From NCBI GenBank assembly GCA_001179505.1, contig CDMY01000481.1, forward strand, positions 4,253 through 68,252: DNA of 64,000 nt, given 5' to 3'. The notes under the pieces are model-generated. The model did no database searches. It saw only the letters and a list, made by a program, of their open reading frames with translations, and was not told the origin of the DNA. This DNA is from Vitrella brassicaformis CCMP3155. Lineage: Eukaryota; Protista; Chromerida. Made by a program: the position numbers and the translations under genes. Below, piece by piece: positions 1 through 11,954 of this stretch. Position 1 is the first letter of the stretch, and each line of letters opens with the position of its first letter.

Positions 1-460
1 AAAACGGACTTCTTGCATCAGTCAAATGATCCGAATGCGCGCTTGCAGTGGAGTGCTTGTGCGAAACCCACAAACGACGCAAGCACGAACCACCTTGCCA
101 TTCTGCAATGACACGGCGTCAGTTGAGTCACACGAGTGTGTGCTTGTCAGTCAGTCAAGCAATGTGATATCAATCAATGATGGGTCATTGTCATTCAATT
201 CATTCAGTGAATCACTGCATCACTGCAGACAACCTTTCTGGGTTGCTTCGCGTGAGAGACGGCCGTGATCCTGTCAGGCTGGCCACGAGATGTGGGTGGA
301 TGGGTGCCTCATTACACCTATGTATGGTCGTCTCAGCCGAGGTTCGAGTGAGGCAATGGCTGTCAAGCCGAGGTTGGGGAGGTGGCTTATCGACCGGAAC
401 TCAGAAGGTGAGGAGAGGGGCGATGAGGACGGAAAACATGGAGGGCGTCATCTTGCTTTG

Positions 461-1690
461 TGTGTGATAATAGGGAGAGCCATCGGTGGTATGATGGATG
501 GCACGCTGTTGGGCACTTATGTATGTATGTAAGGGGGACGTGTGGTGTTTCCTGCTAATGGGATTGACAAGAGGCTGGCTATATATTTTTCTCCCGGTCA
601 ATCGGACAGGGAGGGACCCAAACGATCGGAGGATTCCACCGGCAGCCGCAGGACCAAAGTGGCTGTGCGTACGGATCTACGCGGGTACGTGTGTGTGTGC
701 AGATCCATGCATGTCAGTCAGACGCTTTTTTGCGTTTCGCAGCCGGCGCAAAGAAGGGTGTATAGTTTCATGCCTTTCGCCTGCTTAGACTTGCCCTGAT
801 TGAGGCGCCTTTTCTTTTGGCTCGTTGACATGCACGTCTGTGATATGTATGTGTCGTTAAGCTCTCGTGACATGAAACTTGGCTTGAGGCCTTCTTTTTC
901 TCTTTTGCTCGTCGACATGTGACATCTGTCGTTACGTGTGTGTTGTGTGCGTGTCTCAGTCGTGTATGCGGTGCATCCATCCATCCGCCGTCCGTCTGTA
1001 TGGTGTGTGTGCACATCAAACACGACCCCCCCACACACGCATCCACCCCCTGGCTCTCTGTTTCCGTACATGGGTTTTTGGCCGACTTGCCTGGGACCTG
1101 TAGGCACGAGTATTAGGTGTTTGCCTTCCTCTTAACCTGTTCTGTAAACTGCCAGCTAACATAGGGTGCCATTCGTCATTTCCACAAGGTTGCACCCTCT
1201 ATATTACTTCACCGCACTGAGCACCTCAATACCCTCCGTGATGCATCCCCACTTCTCACACACGCAAGGCCATCCGCTCAAAGTCGGCACACGTGATGTC
1301 TGTGACACCACTAGCCACCTCACAGCTTCCCACCCTCCTGCGTCCAACACACACCGAGTTCCGTCTGTCTGAGACTCGTGCGCGGGTGTGTCTGCCACAT
1401 GCTGCTACACACCAACCGCATTCACCGATTTCGCAAACCCAACGCCTCCTTGGTGGTCAGATGAGCATGGCAGCAGCCTCCACACGCATTTGCAATGGAA
1501 AAAGTTCCCCCGCACAGCGATCGCCAGACCCTGCGAGCTTAGACCTCGAGGAGGGGACAAGGGAAGCCACCGCCTTCACAGATCAGCAGCAGAGAGGCTC
1601 ACAAACGCACACAGGAAGGCCACCAACACGTGCAGGCAGAAGGGCTCTCACTGCCTCTCAGCTGACATTTCTCTCTCTCTCTCTCTTTGA
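461..1690. repeat. Non-coding segment duplicated at ~3306-4745 (copy 1)
   Basis: Collinear shared blocks, e.g. GTGTGATAAT..AGGGAGAGCCATCGGT, ATCGGACAGGGAGGGACCCAAACGATCGG, CATGGGTTTTT.GCCGACTT, CAGCAGCAGAGAGGCTCAC, CAGCTGACATTTCTCTCT, found at both loci. Confidence 0.85.
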
Positions 1691-1807
1691 AGCCGCCGTG
1701 ATGTGGCTGCCGAGCTCACTTACTACACAGCGGATCACCAGCAGCGGCCAACCTTCGTAAAGATCACGTTTATTCTCTCCCGGATCTCTCCGAGTGGAGG
1801 CAGGCAT

Positions 1808-3343
1808 GAAGCCGCCTGCGTTCGTGAGCGTCGCTCCTCCCGCCACGGCTGATCCCCCAGACGTCCTCAGACAATCATCTTCTGAACTGGACGTCCCAAC
1901 GGAAAAGCCAGCGGAGTCATCGGAGCACCAAGGGGAGGCTGAAGGAGATGGCGAGGGCGACACTCGGCTCTCAGATATCCCCACCACCGTCTCGACATCG
2001 GTCTCCACCCCTGCAATGGACGGCCGGGTTCCGCTTGACGACGAGGATGCTTCGCCTGAGGAGGCTGATCTGTGGGGCTTTCTGGTGCTGCGGATTGGCT
2101 GTGTGACCTTTTGGCTGACGGACTACCCTCTGAGGCATTTCCTTCTCATCATCGGCCTTATCGTGATCTATGCACTCTGGTGCTGGGGTGGCGTCATCTA
2201 CATTTTCCCTTTCCTTTATGACGGCGAGCTTGGGATAACCGCGCTTGGGATAACGTTCGGATTGATTCTGATTTTGGCACCGCCCTTTCTGATGGTCCTC
2301 GCTGGATTGGGAAGTCTGTGCGAGAGCAATCGTTGGATGCGTCATCTATTTCTCGATTTTCCTCATCGTTGTCATCTATCTCTCGGCTCGTCGGCAGCTC
2401 AGCCCTCTCTACGAAACGACTAACGAACCAGGCTGGCGCTTCGGCACACTGGCGTGGCTGACTGGTGCGGTCCTCATACAGTTTACCCTCTTCATTGTCA
2501 TCTCGGAGCCGCGTGTTATCCGTGCATCGACCAAATCGACGGGTGGGAGGGACCTGGACGTCGATGACGACCGGCTCTCATGCTGCGGCCGTCGGGCAGG
2601 GTGGCGACCCTCGGCGATCGCCGAGCGCATAGCCAAGGCTCGGGAAACAGAGCCCTTCCTCTACCGCTCGTGATCAAGCGGTGGCTCAAATGGGTAGACT
2701 TTCTCACCTTCATTCGCCTCTACAAGTTAGTGAACGATGCAATCAAGGAAAGTACACTTCGATGCGTTCTCTGTGTTGATCTGCTCAGATTGCTGGCCGT
2801 TGTGGGGATGGCCGTGGACTTCATTACTGATGCGGAGGTGGGGGTGGAATTGATGAACCGAGGGGTATCTATTCTTGGATCTATTCCGAGGGATGAAGAT
2901 GATGAGGGCGTGATCACCACGATGAGAGAAAAAGCGGAAGGCTACCAAGCTGTTGGCCTCGTCATCTTGGGCTTATCGCTGGCGGACGTCGCATCGCTGT
3001 TCATTCACTATGCCATTCGCGGCTCTCCATCACTATACCAACACATCTGGATTGCGGCCCTTCCATGCTGGAAGTGCCCATCTTGGTGCTGACAATTGTG
3101 TGGGCGACGGAGGCTATTAATCCGATACTCTTCATCGTGTCTGCCTTCTTCACTCTTGTGACGGTTCTATCTGGAGTCGGGCCCTTTGCGTGGAGCGTGT
3201 TTGTGCGGCGAAAGATCGGGGCGACTGCAAAGAATACTCACGAGGTGAGCAAAGAAGGGCGAGCGGGAAACGAGAGTGAAGCCAAGAAAAGATATCAGTC
3301 ATGTTTGTGTGATAATTGTCAGGGAGAGCCATCGGTCGTATGA
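1808..3343 (+). pseudogene. Multi-pass membrane protein, intronless, broken by about three frameshifts
   Basis: Hydrophobic helices continue across ORFs 1794-2423, an intermediate frame (~2410-2660, GWRFGTLAWLTGAVLIQFTLFIVISEP), 2580-3092 and 3065-3343. No clear splice sites at the frame changes. Confidence 0.65.
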
Positions 3344-4745
3344 TTTTGGCTCACTCTTGGGCACTTATGTGTGTCTGTATGGGCAAAGTGTGGTATTTGG
3401 TGCTGTTCTCTCCCAGTCAATCGGACAGGGAGGGACCCAAACGATCGGTGGGTGGACGAGTGGATGTGTGTGCAGATGCATGTTAGTCAGTCAGACGCTT
3501 CTTTGCGTTCTGCAGCCAGCGCAAAGAAAGGTGTGTAGTTTTATGCTTTTGGTCGTGCTTTTAGTCTTGCCTCGATTGAGGCCCCTTTTTTGTCTCATCG
3601 ACATGCACGTCTGTGATATGTATGTGTCGTTAGCTACGCTCGCTTGATGTCGCTGGTCGATATGTGTGCGCTTCCGGACCGACCGATGGCTGGCTGGCTG
3701 GCTGGCTGGCTGAATGGCTGGCAGATATTTGATGTCGTCGTGGTGTCTTGGCAGCGATTTGATGAATGGCTGACGTGATGGATTTACCTCTGTGTGTGTG
3801 AATGTATGTGTGTCAACACGTGTAAGTGTGCGTGTGTGTGCTGTGTGCGTCTGTCTGTCTGTGTATGGGTCGATGTGTGGTGTCTGTTGTTCCGGCCTAA
3901 GTGTCTGTCTGTCTCGTGTGCGTGTTTATGCATCACAAACAACCCCCCGCACACCCATCGACCCTGCACCCACCCAACGGTTGTTTCTCTCTCTCTCTTT
4001 GCGTGCGAAGGCGGGGCCCGAAGGCCCGAGCGTGCCTCGTTCGTGTGTGTGTGCCTCCCTCGTGTGTGCATCACATACACCGCCCCCGTACACCCACTCA
4101 CCCCCCAGCTGCACTCTTCGGTTGTCTCTGCCTCTCTCTCTGTGTCCATGGGTTTTTCGCCGACTTTCCTGCGACCTACAGCCATGGGTATTAAGAGTTA
4201 GACCTTATCTCAAGTTGTTCTGTAAACTGCGAACCACCATTGGTTCGCCATTCGCCCTTTCCACTAGGTTGCATCTCTCACCACTTCACCGCACACAGCA
4301 CCTCGATATGTACCCTCCGTGCTGCACACCCACTTTTCACACACGCAACACCAGCCGCCCAACCGCCGCGCACAGGACGCCTGTGACACCAGCAGCCATT
4401 CCTCAGCTTCCCACCCTCCTGCGTGCGTTGGACACTCATCGAATTCTCTCTGTGTGAATAATGTGTGGTGCGTCTGCCATGTGCTGCTGCACATGCGCAT
4501 TCACGAAATTCGCAAACCCCACATAGCGTCATTAGGGTTTGGATGAGCACGTCAGCGGTCTCCCCGCCTACCTGCAATGGGAAAAAACCTCGGCACACCG
4601 ATCGGCAAACCCTGCGAGCTTAGAAGTGCGAAAAAGGGAGGCCGCACAAACTGCACAGATCAGCAGCAGAGAGGCTCACTCACACGAAGGCCACACACGC
4701 AGCCAGAAGGCTCCTCATGCAGCTGACATTTCTCTCTGTGTTGTG
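3306..4745. repeat. Non-coding segment duplicated at ~461-1690 (copy 2); short third partial copy at ~6590-6680
   Basis: Same collinear blocks as copy 1. CCATGGGTTTTTGGCCGGATTTCCTGCGACCTA recurs at ~6648. Confidence 0.8.
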
Positions 4746-6923
4746 TGATCTGTCGGTTTGTGTGTGAAGACAGAGATGGCCGTGTTGCGCGAAGACCCGG
4801 AGGCTCATTCATTTGGCTGTCAACGGATTGCTCTCGGTAAGCGAATCGTTATGGGCCGGCTTTCTTCTGTCTGTCTGTGTGCTGGCTTTAATTGCCTTTC
4901 TGACCCTCCCTCCCTCCCTCTCCCATCTCTGCAGGTGCGTCACACCATCTGTGGGTGTGCCCCGGTCCATCCAATACATGAGTCAAGTGCACCAGTCCAG
5001 TGGCCACACAGGTGCGAAGAGAGAGGACAGGAGCACACACACAGCAGGAGCACCAACCAACCCTGGCACAAATTTCACTTTTCTGACTGTAGGGTGACCC
5101 TTGCCAGCCGCCTGCAGGCCGATAGAGGACTGATAGACAAGAAACCAGACCACAATATCGATCATGCGGGGTCACTACTGACCCTAATACCATCGAGAAA
5201 ATCTCCCGTTCTCACTTGACGCATGTGAGCCACCCACACACACACTGACCTGCACACTCACTCACCCATGTGTATCTCAGCAATGAGTGGACATGTGGGG
5301 GTGTCTTGGGCATGAGAATGACGGCAGGTGAGTGCTCGAGACGGTCATATATAGTGACGCTCTTTGTGAGGACCTGACGCTCTTGCTTTTGGCTGCTTGT
5401 GTGTGGGGTGCAGGGCTTTGCGGAGATTGGAGGCTTGCAATGCGAAGACAAGTGTGTATGGTGCCTGTCTGTCTGTCTGTCTGTCTGGTGCATGAGTGAT
5501 CGATCGATCGCGGGAGACGAGCGCTTCAGTGAACTGACCTTGAGGCAATAGCTCTTCCCCTGCTGCAGTGAAGTAAGCACGCCATGTGTGCACTCGATGG
5601 ATGACGGATGGATGATGAAGCCAACAAGGCTTCGGACAGTTTTGCGGTCTTGACTGTACTGTTTGTTGCACTGTTCTCTCTCTCTCCCTCTGTCTCTCTC
5701 TCTGTCTCTCTGTCTCTCTCTCGCTTTCTCCATCCGTGTATGTGTGTCTGTGAGTGTGAGTGTGAGTGTGTGTGATGCGGTGGTGGTATGGTGTCCGGCT
5801 GTGGGTCGACTGCATCGCTCATTGTGATGATGCAACCCCCGCGAGCCATGCATGAGTGTCTGTCTTGCGTGCGTGTGTGTGGCTTTCTTTATTTGTGCTG
5901 TCCGGCAGTGCGTTCTCCTTTTTGCTCTTCCCGGTCGGTCCGGATCTCGTTCCTCTTTTGGCCTTTTCTGACAGACATCCCAAACGAGCGGCCTCTTCTC
6001 TTTTTTGTGAACCTCTTTCTGACGTGCGTGCCTCCCTCCTGAGAGCTCGGTGCCGCTCGCTACACCATACCATTCCCGTGTCGATGCGAACCAATCACTA
6101 CGGCGCCCATATGGTATTGTGCGTATTGTGTCTGTGGATGTGCGTGCCTCTTTCCCCCCATTGTGTATACTCCCGTCGATCTTGTGAGTGTTTTGTTATG
6201 GGAGGTGCAACTAGAGGGGGCGGGGCCACGATGATCGAAGGAGGCAACTCTGACTGACCCGAGCTGGATCGAATATTAGCGTTATCATTGTTCTTTCCTG
6301 CATGCATGCAACAATGGGTGTCTGCATCACCCCCTGCCTGCCTGCATCAATCGGTATCGCTCCCTGTGCGTGTGTATGGTCGTGTGTGCGTGTGTATGGC
6401 TTTATAACGCCCATGGCTGACTGGCAGGGGTGAGGATGATTGGATTAGTGTGCGTGGACAGACCTACATTGTGTGTGCTGTGCCGAGTTGTGCCTTTGTC
6501 GATGGTCGATAGCACTCACTCAACGACTTACAGATTGAATTGCACACCTTGAACACTATCGAAATAGTCATGCATTCACAGCAAAGACACAACACATATC
6601 ACCCACACACACACCCATTCACCCCCTGCACCCACCGATTGTCTCTCCATGGGTTTTTGGCCGGATTTCCTGCGACCTAGAGAGAGACAGCAGAGCCCAA
6701 TGAGAGGAGAGGAAGATGCGCCCAATGATGTCGTCGTCATGGCCTCCCTCTGTGCCGCACATAGCCAAAAAAGGCGGGCGGGCAGTGCGCATACCTGTTT
6801 CATTTTGCGCGTTTGTCCCTCCATCCATTCGAGCAGTTTGACAGTGACCCCCTCACTCAGGCACCTGGATTAGTGTACGCACATATGTGACCGAAACATG
6901 TTCTTGGGTGTCATCTTGGATGT

Positions 6924-6958
<35 letters not shown>

Positions 6959-7619
6959 AATACAGGAATGCACCATGGTTGCTTCCTCGCTCCACGACTC
7001 GCCCACCAGTTCGTCTCGGCACCGCTTGCGCCCTCTCTCACGATTCGTGTCGTCCGTCTCATCCCTAAGGCTCATCCTGTATAGCACACGACACCTTGAC
7101 GCTAGTGCTCTCTTTCCCATCCTTCATGTATTTTTCCTTTATGTGATGGCCTGCCTCAGGTGTCAGTCAACAGGACGGACATATTTGTGACTCTGGTTTG
7201 GTACTTTCTCACGCCAGTAAATGTGCGTGTCTAAAGTCTCTCTACCTGTCTCTCCACACATAGCGACCGAAATGCTGACCGTCCAGAGAGACACCACCCA
7301 ACATATACATTGAAATCACCCGCACGATAACGGCGGCATTGCCCTGCGCTCATTTGGGGGATGGCGAACGGTTGGATTCATTTGCACGCATCTTCAATGA
7401 TTCTGTCTTCTTGAACAGTGCAAATGTATGAAGTTTGATATATGCCTTTACGCTCGCGTCTGTCTGACTGTCTGCTGTGTAGCCATCATGAATACGTCCA
7501 TCATTCATGATACTGTCGCGTGCATGTCGCGTGCATGCATCCATGCGTCTACACACTCGATGCAACAGATGAACCGTACAGACATACACCTACATACACA
7601 AGTACACATGTATGGCATG

Positions 7620-7637
7620 TCTGTCTGTCTGCCTGTG

Positions 7638-7689
<52 letters not shown>

Positions 7690-7690
7690 G
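7620..7690. repeat. (TCTG)n microsatellite
   Basis: Direct reading of the tetranucleotide run. Confidence 0.9.
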
Positions 7691-9442
7691 TGTTTTGTGT
7701 GTATGCAGCCATTGCATTGCGCGATGGGTGACATGCACATACAAAGAGAGACTAGACGGTTAGTGAGTGAGCTGAGTACCAGCCATCCACACATCCTGGA
7801 CATACACACAGCATTAACAGCTGCATACAACCCACCCCCTCCCCCCTTCCACCCAACAACGGCCAGCCATTTTCAGGCTGTCTTTTTCCGCAGTGTGTGA
7901 AAAGGAAGACACACAACACCCCACACATTGCCAAATCGTTCACCGACGAAAACATGCCGACCGACCGACCGACAGACGGACCAACGACCACATGCGACAA
8001 GCAGATGAGCGTTTGTATGTACCCACAGCAACAAAGCAATGCCCGAGCGGACGACACAGCAACAAAAGCATACATCCATCCAGCCATCCATCCACGTGTC
8101 TATTTCATCATACACATCATGCCCATACACATATGTGTGTCTGTCAGATGCCCACAATCGCACAGACTTTGTGTTCGATGCGCTACATGATAGCCGTCTC
8201 ATCCGTGACGGACCGACCAGGACTCACTCACTCGTTGGACCCCTGGCTTCATATAGCCACACAGACGCACGAGTGAGTGAACTACGCAGAGCTGACGCGC
8301 AGTTTGGGTGTGAGTAGCCGCACGACTCACCGCACGTGGCCCGCAATGGGAAGAATCTTGCGAGAGTGAAGATCTGCAAGCTTAGCTCGCAGGAGAGAAA
8401 TGGGACTTTCTGCAGATCTGCTAATGAGAGGTGCGTTCGCTCATCGTATCGCATCAGACGCGTCTGCAGATGATGAGTGTCGTTCCGCATCCGATGATGA
8501 TTCTTCCGCCCGTCGTCCTTATTGCCCTCTGCTCGTCGCTCGTGGCGTCTTCGCCCCTTCGGCGTACCCTCCAGGCCGTCAATCAGACGGCCGCATCTCC
8601 TCCCCTCCCTCCGGGCTGGCGTGACCCAGGCGGCTGAGGCTCCTGCAACTCTCTCGGGTCTTCCGCCAGGCGGATGTAGAGCTCTCGAATGGCGACATGC
8701 AGCGAGGCGACAACATTCTTCCCTACACCGAAATGGAGGAGCTCATGCGGTGTGATTTGTGTCAGGAGGATGCGGCGGCTCTGTTTGCGTGGTCTTACGA
8801 GGCTGGATTGGTGGACAATGGCACCGAGTCCACCTTTGAGGACAACCTGTGCGTCGTGCCGTTCATCACGTGTGTGCGGCTGAGGGAGGCGCTCGCGGAC
8901 GGCGGTCCGCAGGATGGCTACATCATCAATCTGACAGGGCGACCCGAGGATATGGACGTATCGGACGTGCCGCAGATCCTGCAGCAGCGGGGGGCGCCTT
9001 TGGTGTTTTCGGAGGTGTTTTATCGGCTGCGTCATGTGGTGTGTTTCTGGGCTGCAATGCTGGCTATGCAGGGGAGCTTGGGCGATGACATCGCCAAAGT
9101 GACCTCTCTGCGCGCCTTCTACCTGTTTGAAGTGGTGAGCTGCATTTGAGACGTGCACTCATCCATTCGCATGCTTGTGTGTATGTTATTTTGCAGGACG
9201 GCTTTGAGGGCCCGCTTCCAAGCACTATCGGCGAGCTGCCTTATCTGAAGGGCCTGTACATTATGAACATGGCTTCAATCAGCAGGCCCATCCCGCCCTC
9301 CCTCACGAGCCTGCCGATTGAGTTGGGTGGCTGGAAGTCCATGGAGGTCCTTGATCTGTACAATAACAACTTCAGCGGCCCCATACCAGCAGAGCTGGGA
9401 CAACTGTCTAAGCTACGACGACTGAGCCTCGGAAGCAACAGG

Positions 9443-11520
9443 GTAGATACCGACACACACTCATACCGACACATGGACATCAATGACTGAATCCATACAT
9501 ATGATCTCCCTCTCTATGGATGGATGTCTGTGTAGTTGTCGGGTCTCATACCAGCAGAGCTGGAACAACTTTCGAAGCTACGACAACTGTACCTCGCAAG
9601 AAACAGGGTAGATACCGATACACACTCATACCGACACACACGGACATCAATGACTGAATCCATACATATGATCTCCCTCTCTATGGATGTCTGTGTAGTT
9701 GTCGGGTCCCATACCAACAGAGCTGGGACAATTGTCTAAGCTACGACAACTGAGCCTCAGAAACAACAGCGTAGATACCGACGCACACTCATACCGACGC
9801 ACGGACATCAATGACTGAATCCATATATATGATCTCCCTCTCCATGGATGTCTGTGTAGTTGTCGGGTCCCATACCAGCAGAGCTGGGACAACTGTCTAA
9901 GCTACGACAACTGAGCCTCGAAAACAACAGCGTAGATATCGACATATGCTCATACCGACACACGGACATCAATAACTGAATCCAGACATATGATCTCCCT
10001 CTCCATGGATGTCTGCGTAGTTGTCGGGTCCCATACCAGTAGAGCTGGAACAACTGTCTAAGCTACGAGAACTGTACCTCGAAAACAACAGGGTAGATAC
10101 CGACACACACTCATACCGACACACGGACATCAATAACTAAATCCATACATATGATCTCCCTCTCCATGGATGTCTGTATAGTTGTCGGGTCCCCTGCCGA
10201 TTGAGTTGGGTGGCTGGAAGTCCATGGAGGTCCTTGGTCTGGGAAATAACAACTTTAGCAACCACATACCAGCAGAGCTGGGACAACTGTCTAAGCTACG
10301 ACGACTGAACCTCAGAAACAACAGCGTAGATACCGACGCACACTCATACCGACGCACGGACATCAATGACTGAATCCATATATATGATCTCCCTGTCCAT
10401 GGATGTCTGTGTAGTTGTCGGGTCCCCTGCCGATTGAGTTGGGTGGCAGGAAGTTCATGGAGGTCCTTGATCTTGGAAATAACAACTTTAGCGGCCCCAT
10501 ACCAGCAGAGCTGGGACAACTGTCTAAGCTACGACGACTGTACCTCGGAAGCAACAGGGTAGTACCGACACACACTCATACCGACACACACGGACATCAA
10601 TGACTGAATCCATACATATGATCTCCCTCTCTATGGATGTCTGTGTAGTTGTCGGGTCCCCTGCCGATTGAGTTGGGTGGCTGGAAGTCCATGGAGGTCC
10701 TTTATTTGACCAGTAACAACTTTAGCGGCCCCATACCAGCAGAGCTGGGACAACTGTCTAAGCTACGAGAACTGTACCTCGCAAGGAACAGGGTAGATAC
10801 TGACACACACTCATACCGACACACGGACATCAATGACTGAATCCATACATATGATCTCCCTGTCCATGGATGTCTCTGTAGTTGTCGGGTCCCCTGCCGA
10901 TTGAGTTGGGTGGCAGGAAGTTCATGGAGGTCTTTGATCTTGGAAATAACAACTTTAGCGGCCCCATACCAGCAGAGCTGGGACAACTGTCTAAGCTACG
11001 AGAACTGTACCTCGGAAGCAACAGGGTAGATACCGACACACACTCATACCGACACACACGGACATCAATGACTGAATCCATATATATGATCTCCCTCTCC
11101 ATGGATGTCTGTGTAGTTGTCGGTTCCTCTGCCGATTGAGTTGGGTGGCTGGAAGTTCATGGAGGTCCTTGATCTTGGAAATAATAACTTTAGCGGCCCC
11201 ATACCAGCAGAGCTGGGACAATTTTCTTAGCTACGACAACTGAGCCTCGGAAACAACAGGGTAGATACCGACACACACTCATACCGACACACGGACATCA
11301 ATGACTGAATCCATACATATGATCTCCCTCTCCATGGATGTCTGTGTAGTTGTCGGGTCCCATACCAGTAGAGCTGGGACAACTGTCTAAGCTACGAGGT
11401 CTGTACCTCGCAAGGAATAGGGTAGATACCGACATACACTCATACCGACACACGGACATCAATGACTGAATCCATACATATGATCTCCCTCTCCCTCTCC
11501 ATGGATGGATGTCTATGTAG
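9443..11520 (+). repeat. Tandem array of LRR exon cassettes: 11 near-identical phase-0 introns (89-99 nt) and 10 exons of 72 or 144 nt
   Basis: Exons 9536-9607, 9699-9770, 9860-9931, 10021-10092 (72 nt); 10182-10325, 10415-10558, 10649-10792, 10882-11025, 11117-11260 (144 nt); 11350-11421 (72 nt). Intron consensus GTAGATACCGACACACACTCATACCGACACACGGACATCAATGACTGAATCCATACATATGATCTCCCTCTCCATGGATGTCTGTGTAG. Confidence 0.93.
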
Positions 11521-11654
11521 CTGTCGGGTCCCCTGCCGATTGAGTTGGGTGGCTGGAAGTCCATGCAGTATCTTGCTTTGCAAAACAACAACTTCAGCGG
11601 CTCCCTAGAGCCGCTCAGCAACCTGACGTCGCTTGTAGAGCTGGTCGTGTCCAA

Positions 11655-11954
11655 NNNNNNNNNNNNNNNNNNNNNNNNNNNNNNNNNNNNNNNNNNNNNN
11701 NNNNNNNNNNNNNNNNNNNNNNNNNNNNNNNNNNNNNNNNNNNNNNNNNNNNNNNNNNNNNNNNNNNNNNNNNNNNNNNNNNNNNNNNNNNNNNNNNNNN
11801 NNNNNNNNNNNNNNNNNNNNNNNNNNNNNNNNNNNNNNNNNNNNNNNNNNNNNNNNNNNNNNNNNNNNNNNNNNNNNNNNNNNNNNNNNNNNNNNNNNNN
11901 NNNNNNNNNNNNNNNNNNNNNNNNNNNNNNNNNNNNNNNNNNNNNNNNNNNNNN
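11655..11954. other. Assembly gap (N run)
   Basis: Run of N interrupting the last LRR exon of copy 1. Confidence 1.

Noticed and set aside
5212-8300. Numerous short ORFs between 5 and 8.3 kb
   Set aside because: Dominated by microsatellite-derived peptides; I could not assemble phase-consistent exons or recognise a domain.
9443-11520. Repeat/variable-spacer pattern suggestive of a CRISPR array
   Set aside because: The repeats are ~90-nt GT..AG introns, the 'spacers' are mutually homologous LRR exons, no cas genes are present, and the DNA is eukaryotic.
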